A DNA stretch of 64,000 nucleotides, taken from the NCBI GenBank assembly GCA_030651135.1, contig JAUSCS010000009.1, positions 22,844-86,843 on the forward strand, written 5' to 3'. The translations under genes were made by a program, and so were the position numbers. The DNA comes from Candidatus Woesearchaeota archaeon (GTDB lineage Archaea > Nanobdellota > Nanobdellia > Woesearchaeales > JACPBO01). This document shows, in pieces, positions 8,898-19,247 of this stretch; the stretch's first letter is position 1; every line of letters starts with the position of its first letter. The notes below the pieces were generated by a model. It was not told where the DNA came from and searched no databases. It was given only the letters and a program-made list of their open reading frames with translations.

Positions 8898-10147
8898 AAA
8901 CAGAAGAGCTGAAATCATCAGACATTGAAGTTTATAATGCAATACAAAATGAATTAGAAAGGCAAAGAACAGAATTAAACATGATCCCTTCTGAAAGTTA
9001 CGCAAGCAGGGCTGTTTTAGAGGCAATGGGAAGTGTGCTGAACAATAAATATGCTGAAGGCTATCCTAAAAAAAGATATTATCAGGGAAATAAATATTGC
9101 GATGAAATAGAAACTATTGCGATTGAAAGGGCCAAAAAACTCTTTAATGCAGAGCATGCAAATGTGCAGCCAAATTCCGGGAGCCCTGCAAACATGGCAA
9201 TTTATTTTTCTGTCTTAAATCCCGGAGACAAAATAATGGGCATGGACTTAAGCCACGGCGGCCACCTGACTCACGGAAGCCCTGTAAATTTCTCAGGAAA
9301 GCTTTTCAGCTTTGCGCATTACGGCGTTGATAAAGAAACTGAAATGCTCGATATGGACAAAGTGAGGGAAATTGCGCTTAAAGAAAAGCCAAAGATGATT
9401 GTTTCAGGCTATACTGCATATCCGAGAACAGTTGATTTCAGGAGATTTCATGAAATAGCCCAGGAAATCGGAGCATATTCAATGGCAGATATATCTCATA
9501 TTGCCGGGCTTATAGTCGGAGATGTTCATCCTTCTCCATTGCCGTTCACAGATTTTGTGATGACAACAACGCACAAAACATTGAGGGGCCCAAGAAGTGC
9601 CATAATTCTTTGCAAGGAAAAATATGCAGCTCAACTGGATAAGGCAGTATTCCCTGGATTGCAGGGCGGACCGCATGAGCACACCATAGCCGGAAAGGCT
9701 GTCTGCTTTAAGGAAGCAATGGAGCCTGAATTTAAGCAGTATGCAATGCAGATCGTTAAAAATGCAAAAGCGCTTGCAGAAACACTCATGGCTAAGGGCA
9801 TAAAGCTGGTTTCAAATGGAACAGACAATCATTTGATTTTGATTGATCTTATCAAAACAAAATCAGCAGGAAAACAAGGCATGGGCAAAGAAATAGCTGT
9901 TGCGCTTGAAGAAGCAGGAATAGTCCTTAATGCAAACACAATCCCATTTGATCCCTCAACTCCGTTTAAGCCATCCGGATTAAGACTGGGAACTCCTATA
10001 TTGACGCAAAGGGGAATGAATGAAGATGAAATGAAGCAGATCGGAGAGTGGATTGCAGATATTATTGAACATCCAAATGATGCAGCATTAAAGCAGAAAG
10101 TAAGGCAGAATGTTCTTGATCTTTGCAGGAAGTTTCCGATTTACTGA
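8894..10147 (+). CDS. glyA: Serine hydroxymethyltransferase
   Basis: The PLP-lysine region TTTHKTLRGPRSAIIL and overall SHMT collinearity across 417 aa. The start overlaps the folA stop (ATGA). Confidence 0.9.
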   Translation: MKTEELKSSDIEVYNAIQNELERQRTELNMIPSESYASRAVLEAMGSVLNNKYAEGYPKKRYYQGNKYCDEIETIAIERAKKLFNAEHANVQPNSGSPANMAIYFSVLNPGDKIMGMDLSHGGHLTHGSPVNFSGKLFSFAHYGVDKETEMLDMDKVREIALKEKPKMIVSGYTAYPRTVDFRRFHEIAQEIGAYSMADISHIAGLIVGDVHPSPLPFTDFVMTTTHKTLRGPRSAIILCKEKYAAQLDKAVFPGLQGGPHEHTIAGKAVCFKEAMEPEFKQYAMQIVKNAKALAETLMAKGIKLVSNGTDNHLILIDLIKTKSAGKQGMGKEIAVALEEAGIVLNANTIPFDPSTPFKPSGLRLGTPILTQRGMNEDEMKQIGEWIADIIEHPNDAALKQKVRQNVLDLCRKFPIY

Positions 10148-10240
10148 TTAAGGCTGTGAATAGCAGTTAAGTGAAAATGATCCCTTTATCGCTTCTTTTA
10201 TCCGATACATTTTTAACTTAGTCTATTCATTTAATTTATC

Positions 10241-11017
10241 ATGGTACAAGTACAAACTTTTTCAGAAGGAAAGGTGAAAAACAGAAATGAGGATTATTTT
10301 AATTATAGTGAGAGTTGTTTTGTTATTGCCGATGGTGCTACTGATAAAAGCGGTCGAAATTATAATGGCCAAACAGGAGGAGAACTTGTTTCTCGAATTG
10401 TCGTAAATGAATGTTTATCAACCAATCTAAATGGAATTGAATTGATCAACCACATTAACAAAAAAATCAGGGAAGCATATACTAAACTGAACATTTTGAA
10501 AGATATCAAAGACCCAAAATATAGATTTACTTGCGGATTCATTTGTGTAAGGGTAATTGGCGGTAAAACAATAATCACTTATTTAGGAGATTTGGGTTTT
10601 AGAATTAATGGAATTGAAGTTTATCAGGAAATAAAACAAATTGACATTAATGATTCAGAAGAAAGATCAAAATATATTCGAGAAACAAATGACGTTGAAG
10701 GAAGCAGAAATCACATAATGCATTTACTCGTAAAACAATTCGAATATCAAAATAATCCCAATGACTCTTTGGGATATGGAGTAATTGATGGCTCTAAAAC
10801 ACCCTCTAAGTTTATAAAAACCTTTGAATACTATACTGAAAAAATAAAGACAATCGAACTATTTACTGATGGTTATTTTGATACATCCCAAGAAGTCTCA
10901 ATTAAAGGATGGGAAAAAGCTTTTGAAAAAGTTGAAGAAGAAGATCCAGATAAATGGAAAAAATATAAATCGACTAAATCTAAGGATGATAGAACGATAG
11001 CAATAATTACATTCTAA
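10241..11017 (+). CDS. PP2C/SpoIIE-like Ser/Thr phosphatase (tentative)
   Basis: The N-terminal NEDY...VIADGATD pattern resembles the PP2C metal-binding motif. Weak call. Confidence 0.35.
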   Translation: MVQVQTFSEGKVKNRNEDYFNYSESCFVIADGATDKSGRNYNGQTGGELVSRIVVNECLSTNLNGIELINHINKKIREAYTKLNILKDIKDPKYRFTCGFICVRVIGGKTIITYLGDLGFRINGIEVYQEIKQIDINDSEERSKYIRETNDVEGSRNHIMHLLVKQFEYQNNPNDSLGYGVIDGSKTPSKFIKTFEYYTEKIKTIELFTDGYFDTSQEVSIKGWEKAFEKVEEEDPDKWKKYKSTKSKDDRTIAIITF

Positions 11018-11028
11018 ATGATAACGTT

Positions 11029-11445
11029 CTACAATCCAATCCACTTGTCAACATCCTTTGCTATCTTTTTCAGATCTTCATAAGCCCTTTTTGCATCATT
11101 CTCGATCTCATCAATAAGAACTTCCAGCTTGTCAACCCTCAGCAGGTATTTCCTTCCTTCGTGCGTGATAATTCCTGCTTCCATGAGCTTGTTCATATGA
11201 TGCACAACAGTTCCCCTGGTCAGGTCAAGCTTATAAGCGACTTCATCGCTTGACAGCGGCTTCTTTGTTTTGGCGCTTTTCACAAACTCAACAAAGATTC
11301 GGAAGCAGCTGCTGTCCTTGTCGCGGAGATTGAACAGGCCAAGAGAGCTGCCCAGCCATTGCAGTTCACGATTAATGTTCTTTTCAACAGGCTTGTTGGA
11401 GCTTATTATGGTGAATTTAAATGTTGGCGCCATATCTGAGAGCAA
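11029..11445 (-). CDS. Winged-helix transcription regulator, divergent from grpE (candidate heat-shock regulator)
   Basis: LDLTRGTVVHHMNKLMEAGIITHEGRKYL is an ArsR/wHTH-like recognition helix. It shares its promoter region with grpE, which carries a palindromic operator. Confidence 0.5.
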   Translation of the reverse strand: MLSDMAPTFKFTIISSNKPVEKNINRELQWLGSSLGLFNLRDKDSSCFRIFVEFVKSAKTKKPLSSDEVAYKLDLTRGTVVHHMNKLMEAGIITHEGRKYLLRVDKLEVLIDEIENDAKRAYEDLKKIAKDVDKWIGL

Positions 11446-11514
11446 GACGTCTTTATATATAAAACTTTCTCTTTTAAACCGAAAACTATTTAAATAAGTT
11501 CATCTTACCACGTT

Positions 11515-11537
11515 TTCGTTGATTTAAAGTCAACGAA
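11515..11537. promoter_or_regulatory. Perfect palindromic operator TTCGTTGA-N7-TCAACGAA in the grpE/regulator divergent promoter
   Basis: The sequence ttcgttgatttaaagtcaacgaa has 8-bp perfect arms, and the spacer contains a TTTAAAG TATA-like element about 45 nt upstream of the grpE ATG. Confidence 0.6.
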
Positions 11538-11572
11538 ATAAAGAGGGGTTATAGTGTTTTGACAAGGCAAAA

Positions 11573-12073
11573 ATGATTGAAAAATCAGAGAATAAAAACA
11601 AAGAAAAAGAACTGAAAGATAACTTGGATTTCAATAAACACTTATCAGAAAAAGACAGCAAAATAAAAGAATTAACAGAATTATTGCAGAGGCTGCAGGC
11701 TGATTTTGAAAACTATAAAAAAAGGGCTGAAAAAGAGAAATGCGATCTTGCAGGATATACTGCATGCAAGCTTGTTTCGCAGTTTTTGCCAATACTGGAC
11801 AGCTTTGAGCTTGCATTGAAGAATGACCAGGATCATCAGAAATTTGTAAAAGGCGTTGAGCTTATTTACTCGCAGTTTTATTCGTTAATGGAAGATTTTG
11901 GATTAACTCCGATTGAGACAGTTGGAAAGAAGTTTGATCCTTACGAGCATGAAGCTTTATTGAGCGAAAAATCAGACAAGGATGAGGATATTATTTTGGA
12001 AGAGCTGCAGAAGGGCTACAAGCTGGGAGATGTTGTGATCAGGCACAGCAAAGTGAAGGTGAGCAAAAAATGA
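11573..12073 (+). CDS. grpE: GrpE nucleotide exchange factor
   Basis: Coiled-coil N-terminus then DFENYKKRAEKE...FDPYEHEAL, typical of GrpE. It precedes dnaK. Confidence 0.8.
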   Translation: MIEKSENKNKEKELKDNLDFNKHLSEKDSKIKELTELLQRLQADFENYKKRAEKEKCDLAGYTACKLVSQFLPILDSFELALKNDQDHQKFVKGVELIYSQFYSLMEDFGLTPIETVGKKFDPYEHEALLSEKSDKDEDIILEELQKGYKLGDVVIRHSKVKVSKK

Positions 12074-12258
12074 TTGAAGAAACAGATGGAGTTTTTGCTC
12101 AAGCCGATAAAATAAACAAAAAAGCAGAGATGACAATAATAGGGGATCTTTTTTACGATGTTGTAAAAGATGGTTTGTCCAAAGAAACAAGAAAAAGAAC
12201 AGGTGTAGAAGGCATTTATGAAATTGCATATGATCATGCAATGAGTCCGCGTATATAA
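12070..12258 (+). CDS. Small hypothetical protein overlapping the grpE stop
   Basis: 62-aa ORF whose start overlaps the grpE stop (ATGA). No recognisable motif. Confidence 0.25.
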   Translation: MIEETDGVFAQADKINKKAEMTIIGDLFYDVVKDGLSKETRKRTGVEGIYEIAYDHAMSPRI

Positions 12259-12264
12259 ATTCAA

Positions 12265-12774
12265 ATGACTATTACAAGAGAAACAAAAGAAGAAGAAATT
12301 GTAGAATTAGGCAAAATAGAATGCGGAGACTGCGATCACTGCTGCCGCTTTGGAGGCGGTTATCTGCTGCCTGGAGAGATCAAAGAAATTTCAAAAAATT
12401 TGAAATTAAGCGAGGATGAGTTCAAAAAAAACCATTTGGAAGAAGCAGAAAAGTTCAACACAAAATTATTCCGCTTTAAGTCAATAAAAATAAAAAACAA
12501 TTACGGGCCGTGCATTTTTTTAGAAAATAAAAAATGCGCAATAAACGAGTTCAAGCCGCTATACTGCAGAATAGGAACGTGCAGCAAAGACGGCGAAGAG
12601 ATAGTGAAATGGTTTGACTTGAATTTTTGCGTGAATGCAAATGACCCGGAATCAGTAAGGCAGTATGCATCGTTCCTAAAATCAAGCAATGCAATAGAAG
12701 GCGGCAAGTTAGGGGAGCTAATAAAAGACGAAAAAAGGCTGAAAGAAATTTTAAGTTATGAAATGTTGAAATAA
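12265..12774 (+). CDS. YkgJ-family CxxCxxCC zinc/iron-chelating domain protein
   Basis: IECGDCDHCCRFGGGY matches the CxxCxxCC signature. A paralog lies at 28557-28925. Confidence 0.5.
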   Translation: MTITRETKEEEIVELGKIECGDCDHCCRFGGGYLLPGEIKEISKNLKLSEDEFKKNHLEEAEKFNTKLFRFKSIKIKNNYGPCIFLENKKCAINEFKPLYCRIGTCSKDGEEIVKWFDLNFCVNANDPESVRQYASFLKSSNAIEGGKLGELIKDEKRLKEILSYEMLK

Positions 12775-12784
12775 GAGGTAAAAA

Positions 12785-13096
12785 ATGAACACAACTACAA
12801 AGCAAAAAAAATACATCACGTCAGAAGCAATACTGAGGTATTTGATAGGCGAAGATGACAAGATAGAGACGCTGATAATGTGCGAATCTTCAGAAGTTGA
12901 AATCCTGACATCAGATTTTGAGATTTATGAAGCGCTCGGCTCAATAAAGCCATATGACAGCTTCAAGCTGAACAAGCTGACAAAAATGTTTGAAGTTGTG
13001 AAGATTGTTTCATACGAGGAAACAATGCACAAGCAGAAGAGCATACTGACTGATGCAAGAGTGGAAGAATTAAGGGCGAAAGCTTTGACAAAATAA
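12785..13096 (+). CDS. Hypothetical protein
   Basis: 103-aa ORF between the YkgJ-like gene and dnaK. No motif recognised. Confidence 0.3.
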   Translation: MNTTTKQKKYITSEAILRYLIGEDDKIETLIMCESSEVEILTSDFEIYEALGSIKPYDSFKLNKLTKMFEVVKIVSYEETMHKQKSILTDARVEELRAKALTK

Positions 13097-13146
13097 TGAT
13101 TGCGATTAAAATTAATTCAAATAAAAATTAAAAGTGGAGGACTAAA

Positions 13147-15084
13147 ATGGGAAAGGAAAAAATAATCGGAATTGATCTTGGAACATCAAACTCAGCAGCA
13201 GCATTCTTGGAAGCCGGAAGGCCGAAGATAATACCGAGCAGCGAGGGCGTTACAGCATATGGAAAGGCATTTCCTAGCCATGTTGCATTTACAAAAGACG
13301 GGCAGCTGTTAGTTGGAGAGCCCGCCAGAAGGCAGGCTGTTTCCAATCATGAAGGAACAGTCTCTGCATTCAAAAGAAAAATGGGGACAACATTCAAATA
13401 TAATATCAGGGGCAAAGAATACACGCCTCAGCAATTATCTGCATTTTTGCTGCAAAAGATAAAAAAAGATGCTGAAGAATTCTTAGGCGAGAAAATAGAA
13501 AAGGCTGTCATAACCTGCCCTGCTTATTTTGATGACAACCAAAGGCAGGCAACTAAAGATGCCGGGACAATTGCAGGATTGGAAGTTGTAAGAATAGTAA
13601 ATGAGCCGACTGCCGCATGCCTTGCTTATGGCTTGGATAAAGCTCATCAGGAATTCAAGATACTTGTTTTTGATTTGGGCGGCGGAACTTTAGATGTTAC
13701 AATAATGGAATTCGGCCAGGGTGTTTTTGAGGTTAAATCCACATCCGGCGATACGCAGCTTGGCGGAACTGATATGGATAATTTAATTGTTGATTTTATA
13801 GTTTCTGAATTCAAAAAGCAGGAAGGAGTTGATTTAAGCAAAGATAAGATGGCAATGCAGCGCCTTAGAGAAGCAGGGGAAAAGGCAAAGATAGAGCTTT
13901 CAAATGTTATTGAAACAGACATCAATCTTCCATTTATAACAGCAACAAATGAAGGCCCGAAGCATTTGCAGCTCAAGCTGACAAGGGCAAAGCTGGAGCA
14001 GATCATTGATCCAATCATAAAGAGATGCAAACACCCTCTGGAACAGGCAATTTCTGATGCAAAGCTTGCAGCAAAAGATATTGGCAAGATTATTTTAGTC
14101 GGTGGACCTACAAGAATGCCCATTGTTCAGAAATTTGTCGAGGATTTCGTTGGCAAGAAAGCTGAAAGAGGGGTTGACCCGATGGAATGCGTTGCAATGG
14201 GTGCAGCAATACAGGCAGGCGTATTAGCTGGAGAAGTTAAAGACATTTTATTGCTTGATGTTACTCCGTTGACATTGGGAATTGAAACATTGGGCAGCAT
14301 AAGGACTCCGCTTATAGAAAGAAATGCAACAATCCCGACAAAGAAGAGCCAGGTATTTTCAACAGCTGCCGACAGCCAGACTGCAGTTACAATACATGTT
14401 TTGCAGGGTGAAAGGCCTATGGCTACTGACAACAAGAGCTTGGGGAGGTTTGATTTAGTTGGCATACCGCCTGCGCCAAGGGGAATTCCTCAAATTGAAG
14501 TTACATTTGACATTGATGCTAATGGGATATTGCATGTTACTGCAAAAGACCTTGGAACAGGGAAGCAGCAGTCAATCAAGATAATTGCGCCAAACAAACT
14601 AAATGAAGCAGATGTTGAAAGAATGAGGAAAGAAGCAGAAGCGCATGCTGAAGAGGATAAAAAACACAAAGAAGATGTCGAGATCATCAATAACGCGGAT
14701 ACATTGATCTACACAACAGAAAAGTTGTTCAAGGAATTCGAAGGCAAAGTAAAAGAAGACGAGCTTAATGATGTGAAAAAGGAAATAAATGAATTGAAAG
14801 AGCTGATGAAAGCTGAGAAGAAAGATGTTGATGCAATAAAGAAAAAGTTTGAAGAGATAAATGAGAAAATACAGAAATTAAGCACTGAACTGTATCAAAG
14901 GGTTTCAGAAGAAAGGGCTAAGGCGCAGCAGAGTGATACGCAGCAAAATGGAGCAGGCCCTGATTACGTCAATCCAGGAGACATTCCTGAAGAAGAGCAA
15001 GAGCAGCCTAAAAAGAAAGATAAAGTTGTTGATGCAGAGGTTGTAAAAGAGAAAGATGAGAAAAATAATAAAAAGAAAAAATAA
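13147..15084 (+). CDS. dnaK: Hsp70 chaperone DnaK
   Basis: [35 protein letters not shown] and the C-terminal substrate-binding and lid regions. 645 aa. Confidence 0.95.
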   Translation: MGKEKIIGIDLGTSNSAAAFLEAGRPKIIPSSEGVTAYGKAFPSHVAFTKDGQLLVGEPARRQAVSNHEGTVSAFKRKMGTTFKYNIRGKEYTPQQLSAFLLQKIKKDAEEFLGEKIEKAVITCPAYFDDNQRQATKDAGTIAGLEVVRIVNEPTAACLAYGLDKAHQEFKILVFDLGGGTLDVTIMEFGQGVFEVKSTSGDTQLGGTDMDNLIVDFIVSEFKKQEGVDLSKDKMAMQRLREAGEKAKIELSNVIETDINLPFITATNEGPKHLQLKLTRAKLEQIIDPIIKRCKHPLEQAISDAKLAAKDIGKIILVGGPTRMPIVQKFVEDFVGKKAERGVDPMECVAMGAAIQAGVLAGEVKDILLLDVTPLTLGIETLGSIRTPLIERNATIPTKKSQVFSTAADSQTAVTIHVLQGERPMATDNKSLGRFDLVGIPPAPRGIPQIEVTFDIDANGILHVTAKDLGTGKQQSIKIIAPNKLNEADVERMRKEAEAHAEEDKKHKEDVEIINNADTLIYTTEKLFKEFEGKVKEDELNDVKKEINELKELMKAEKKDVDAIKKKFEEINEKIQKLSTELYQRVSEERAKAQQSDTQQNGAGPDYVNPGDIPEEEQEQPKKKDKVVDAEVVKEKDEKNNKKKK

Positions 15085-15087
15085 AGA

Positions 15088-15399
15088 ATGAAAAAAATCA
15101 AATCACAAAGCGATGCCAAAAGCACTCCGTATGTTCGGGCAGATAAAACACCATACTGCGAAATCTGCGAGCTGAAAATAGAAGGCGTATGCAAGGATAC
15201 TAGAAAGTGCAGGATCCTGAGCAAAGAAGAGGTTATTGATCTCTGCAGCGCAAACGAGGAAATGGATGATATTTCAATGGATTATGTTCTCAACAACTTT
15301 GCATTCATACAGTATGAGGACAGGTCATGGGTTACGATGAGGAAAGAAAGCGGCAAAAAGGCAAAGCAGAGAGTCAGAAGATTAAGCATTGCAGGGTAA
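15088..15399 (+). CDS. Hypothetical Cys-containing protein
   Basis: 103-aa ORF with YCEICELKIEGVCKDTRKC. Unknown. Confidence 0.3.
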   Translation: MKKIKSQSDAKSTPYVRADKTPYCEICELKIEGVCKDTRKCRILSKEEVIDLCSANEEMDDISMDYVLNNFAFIQYEDRSWVTMRKESGKKAKQRVRRLSIAG

Positions 15400-15401
15400 A
15401 G

Positions 15402-15992
15402 ATGAAAATTCCAACAAAAAAAGAGTGCTATAAGCTGTTGAAGAAATATTCTGTTCCACTTAATGTAATAAGGCATGCTGAAGATGTGTGCAGGGTTTCT
15501 TTGTTTATCGGAGAGAGAATGAAGAAAAGGGGAGAAAAGATAAATCTGAATTTATTGGAAGCAGCATCCTTATTGCATGATATTGACAAGATCCATACAC
15601 TGAACAACGGCAGGCACGGCATAATGTCCTGCGATATTCTGAAAAAAGAAAGATTCAATGCGATTGCAAGATTTGCTCTCATACACGTACTGCATGCAAT
15701 CTTAAGCACCAGAACCATGCCTAAAACATGGGAAGAAAAGATTTTTTATTATGCTGACAGGAGAGTCAATCCCGAAGGGATAGTTTCAGCGAAAAACAGA
15801 TTTGATTATTTAAGGCAGCAATATGGAACAAAAGATAAAAAAATAATGAAAATGATCAACGAAGCAGAGCCTAAAGTGAAAAGGCTGGAAAAAGAGATAT
15901 TTTCAAAGATTAAACTGAAGCCTGAAGAAATAAACAAGCTGACTGCAGCAGAGCAATATGGCAAAAGACTACTACAAAATACTTGGCGTTGA
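15402..15992 (+). CDS. HD-domain phosphohydrolase
   Basis: [14 protein letters not shown]...LLHDIDK is an HD motif. I start it at the internal Met (MKIPTKK) to avoid overlapping the upstream ORF. The track start is 15327. Confidence 0.5.
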   Translation: MKIPTKKECYKLLKKYSVPLNVIRHAEDVCRVSLFIGERMKKRGEKINLNLLEAASLLHDIDKIHTLNNGRHGIMSCDILKKERFNAIARFALIHVLHAILSTRTMPKTWEEKIFYYADRRVNPEGIVSAKNRFDYLRQQYGTKDKKIMKMINEAEPKVKRLEKEIFSKIKLKPEEINKLTAAEQYGKRLLQNTWR

Positions 15993-17049
15993 TAAGCATG
16001 CATCAACTGAAGAAGTAAGAAGGGCTTACAAGAATCTTGCTAAAAAATACCATCCTGATTTGAACAAAGACAATGATGCAACTGAAAAATTCAAGGAAAT
16101 AAATGAGGCTGCTGCTGTTTTGGGCGACCAGAAGAAGAGAGAGCAGTATGACAGATTCGGCACAGCAGAGGTTCCGCCTGGATTTACGGGATTTGATTTT
16201 GGAGACCTTGGAATGGATGTTGATTTTGGCGATATATTTGAGGGTTTTTTTGGCGGCAGCGATATATTCGGAGGCAGAAGAAGGCAGGCAGCGCATGGGT
16301 CTGATTTAAGGTTTAACATGGATATTGAGCTTGAAGATGCTGCTTTTGGCGCAGAGAAAACAATTTCTTTAAGAAAACTGGAGAAATGCCCTGAATGCAA
16401 TGGAACCGGGGCTGAAAAGGGAACTGATTTTATCACATGCCCTGATTGTGCTGGAACTGGTTATATTAAAAGAAGCCAGAGAACTCCATTCGGAATTTTT
16501 TCAACCACAACAGCATGCCCGAAATGCAGCGGCTCTGGAGAATATATAAGGGAGAAATGCGCTGAATGCAATGGCAAAGGCAGAATAACTGCAAATAAAA
16601 AAATTGAGCTCAAAATTCCTGCTGGTGTTGAAGATGGAATGCACCTTAGGGTTACAGGAGAGGGCGAGGCTGGCGGTAAAGGCGGAAGAGCAGGAGACCT
16701 TTACGTGGTTATCCGCATAAAGCCGCACAAAACATTTGAAAGAGATGGCAATGAAATTAATGTTGAAATCCCAATAAGCTTTTCAACTGCCGCTATTGGC
16801 GGCGAGATAGAAGTGCCGACTTTGAATGGCAAGAAAACTTTGAAGATATCTGCTGGAACCCAGTCGAATACAATCTTCAGGATGAAAGGAGAAGGAATTC
16901 CCAATCTGAATGGCTTCGGGAAAGGATCTGAGAATGTTAAGGTTGTTGTAAAAGTCCCTGATAAACTGACAAAGAAGCAGAAAGAGCTGATCGAAGAGTT
17001 TGAGAAAGAGGGCAAGAAAGGGTTTCTTGGGAAAATGTTTTTATGGTGA
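15958..17049 (+). CDS. dnaJ: Hsp40 co-chaperone DnaJ
   Basis: J-domain DYYKILGV...HPD, a Gly/Phe-rich region, and four CxxCxGxG zinc repeats. Confidence 0.9.
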   Translation: MAKDYYKILGVDKHASTEEVRRAYKNLAKKYHPDLNKDNDATEKFKEINEAAAVLGDQKKREQYDRFGTAEVPPGFTGFDFGDLGMDVDFGDIFEGFFGGSDIFGGRRRQAAHGSDLRFNMDIELEDAAFGAEKTISLRKLEKCPECNGTGAEKGTDFITCPDCAGTGYIKRSQRTPFGIFSTTTACPKCSGSGEYIREKCAECNGKGRITANKKIELKIPAGVEDGMHLRVTGEGEAGGKGGRAGDLYVVIRIKPHKTFERDGNEINVEIPISFSTAAIGGEIEVPTLNGKKTLKISAGTQSNTIFRMKGEGIPNLNGFGKGSENVKVVVKVPDKLTKKQKELIEEFEKEGKKGFLGKMFLW

Positions 17050-17190
17050 ATTTTTTTTCGTGGTTTTTATTTTAAACAACAAATTGCATCTTTTGCAGTA
17101 ATAAAGAATCTTTTCATTGCCTTTAATGTCGCTTCCACAGAGAGGGCATGCTTTTTCCATCACTTTTACTGGCTCTCTTTTTTCACGCAT
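17041..17190 (-). CDS. Small zinc-ribbon protein (49 aa), convergent with dnaJ
   Basis: My translation: [49 protein letters not shown]. Two CxxC pairs. Not in the ORF track because it is under 60 aa. Confidence 0.3.
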   Translation of the reverse strand: MREKREPVKVMEKACPLCGSDIKGNEKILYYCKRCNLLFKIKTTKKNSP

Positions 17191-17229
17191 GAAACATAGA
17201 AAATGAATTATTTTTAAAGTTATGTGAAT

Positions 17230-17610
17230 CTAAGATTCAGTTTTTTTGTTTTCATATCCAAAATATTCTTTTGCAATCAATTCCAGCGCCATGATGGATG
17301 AGAATGACTTATGTGTTGCAGCACTATTGGTGGCTTCAGCAATCATTACTGCCTTATCCAAAGACAAGCCTCCGATTGCATCATTTGTTGTTCCAAACAA
17401 GCTTCTGAATCCATCTCCACGTATTATCGGGTAGACTTCATATAGCCCATATCCTCCGCTGCCTACGCCGCGATGCGAACTTATGATTGTTCCTCTACGC
17501 AACAGCACAACGCCGCCATTAAAAGGCTGAACAGCATATTTGCTGATCAACTCAGGATCAATGGATTTTAACTCTTTTATCGCTTGTGCAACTGTTTTAT
17601 ATTTTGGCAT
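17230..17610 (-). CDS. Hypothetical protein
   Basis: 126-aa ORF, Gly-rich in the centre. No family recognised. Confidence 0.3.
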   Translation of the reverse strand: MPKYKTVAQAIKELKSIDPELISKYAVQPFNGGVVLLRRGTIISSHRGVGSGGYGLYEVYPIIRGDGFRSLFGTTNDAIGGLSLDKAVMIAEATNSAATHKSFSSIMALELIAKEYFGYENKKTES

Positions 17611-17728
17611 TCATACCCCCTGCTTTATTGAAATAAGATGTTATTTATAAACTTTTCTTTTGTAACTACTATGAAAGAGATTTATTTTATGCTCTTGAGC
17701 TTCATAATCTTTAAAAACCGAATGGCTT

Positions 17729-18586
17729 TTGCTTAAATTAATGATCTTCGTCTCAACAGCCTGCCTGAAAGGGCTTAATGGAGGATTTGAAAAGGACTTA
17801 TTCAGGGTTTTAGAGCTTTATAAAAACAGCAATATAAAAAATATAGAGCTTGGCAGCGTCCATTCTGAAATGGATCCTGATTTTCTTTTAAAATTTTTAT
17901 TGAAGTACAAGGAAGAAAACGATGCAAAATTCATAATCCACGGATTTTTTCCTCCGATTAAGGAAAGTGTAATGATCAATATTGGATCGCAAAACAAGGA
18001 CATTCTTAAAAAGTCAATGCTGATTGCGACAAATGCCATAGATCTGTGCAGAAAGCTTGATGCAAAACTTTACAGCCTGCATGCAGCAGTGCTTGGCGAG
18101 GTTGATGCCCACGGGATTTACATAACAAAGAAATACGACAAGGAAAAAGTGCTTGAAACTTTTGAAGAGAATTTAATAAAGATCTGCGGGCTTGCAGGCA
18201 GCCAGGGAATAAAAATCGCAATTGAAAACCATGGCGGCGAATGCGGGGATGATTTTTTCACAAGAAAAGAGCATTTTTTAAATTTATTTGAAAAATTAAA
18301 AATAAAAAACCTCGGAATCCTGATTGATGTAGGGCATTTGAACACTGCAGCTAAAAAATTCGGCTTTGACAGGGGCGATTTTATAAAATCAATGCAGCCA
18401 AAGGCATTTGCAGTGCACTGCCATGAGAATGACGGGAGCTATGATCAGCACAAGAATGTAAATAAAGAAACATTAAGGGATTTTGACAAAGAAATCATTA
18501 AAAAAATTTTCATCACATCGGAAGCAAATGGATTGGGCATTAATGATATTATTCGTGGAAAGAACATTTTAGAGCAAAGCTTTTAA
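17729..18586 (+). CDS. Sugar-phosphate isomerase/epimerase, TIM-barrel (xylose isomerase-like)
   Basis: The spacing of acidic and His residues (HAAVLGE, IENHGG, DVGHLN, HCHENDG) fits the AP endonuclease 2 / xylose-isomerase-like fold. Confidence 0.5.
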   Translation: MLKLMIFVSTACLKGLNGGFEKDLFRVLELYKNSNIKNIELGSVHSEMDPDFLLKFLLKYKEENDAKFIIHGFFPPIKESVMINIGSQNKDILKKSMLIATNAIDLCRKLDAKLYSLHAAVLGEVDAHGIYITKKYDKEKVLETFEENLIKICGLAGSQGIKIAIENHGGECGDDFFTRKEHFLNLFEKLKIKNLGILIDVGHLNTAAKKFGFDRGDFIKSMQPKAFAVHCHENDGSYDQHKNVNKETLRDFDKEIIKKIFITSEANGLGINDIIRGKNILEQSF

Positions 18587-18611
18587 AATAACAAAAACTT
18601 TCTGGCATAAA

Positions 18612-19232
18612 ATGAGGCTAAAAACATCAAAAACAGAAATCGATCATCTGTGGAAAGCATGGCTTGCCATTTCAATAGCATTTGCAATAGTCCTTGGCGG
18701 AGGGTTTTCAGTCAGCCTGTTCTCTTTCAAATTTTTGCTAAACATAATATTCGCAGCATTCACAGTCGGAATCGGATTTTTGCTGCATGAGCTGTCGCAT
18801 AAGCTTACAGCGCAGCATTTTGGGTATTGGTCTGAATTCAGGGCGAATTTTCAGATGCTTTTTTTGATGATTGTAATGAGCTTTTTAGGATTTGTTTTTG
18901 CCGCTCCTGGAGCAACCATGATAGCAGGAAGAGTTGAGAAAAACAAATACGGAATGATTTCAGCAGCAGGCCCGTTAATTAATATTTTTCTGGCATTGAT
19001 CTTTCTAGGGTTAAGCTTTGCAACTCCTTTTTCTTTTATTACTGTCTTTGCTTTGTACGGGCTGCTGATCAACAGCTGGCTTGCATTGTTTAACATGATT
19101 CCTTTCGGAATTTTAGACGGAGCAAAGGTGATAAGGTGGAATGTAATTGCCTATGCTTTAATTGTCATTGCTTCGCTGGCGTTGGTTATGGTCGGGAATT
19201 CACTTATTAAGAATGTTGCCATGCTGGTCTGA
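18612..19232 (+). CDS. Polytopic membrane protein with HExxH (metalloprotease-like)
   Basis: Several TM helices and an LLHELSHKLTAQHFG motif. Confidence 0.4.
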   Translation: MRLKTSKTEIDHLWKAWLAISIAFAIVLGGGFSVSLFSFKFLLNIIFAAFTVGIGFLLHELSHKLTAQHFGYWSEFRANFQMLFLMIVMSFLGFVFAAPGATMIAGRVEKNKYGMISAAGPLINIFLALIFLGLSFATPFSFITVFALYGLLINSWLALFNMIPFGILDGAKVIRWNVIAYALIVIASLALVMVGNSLIKNVAMLV

Positions 19233-19247
19233 TATTATTTATTCTTT

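Noticed and set aside
13647-14690. Several 60-160-aa minus-strand ORFs inside dnaK, and similar antisense ORFs inside purL, guaA, purB and glyA
   Set aside because: They are entirely contained in strongly supported conserved genes on the opposite strand and translate to low-complexity, motif-less sequence. These are typical shadow ORFs.
15327-15401. Alternative upstream start (MGYDEERKRQ...) for the HD-domain gene
   Set aside because: It would overlap the preceding ORF by 73 nt in another frame. The internal Met at 15402 gives a compact gene, and the upstream residues are not part of the HD fold.
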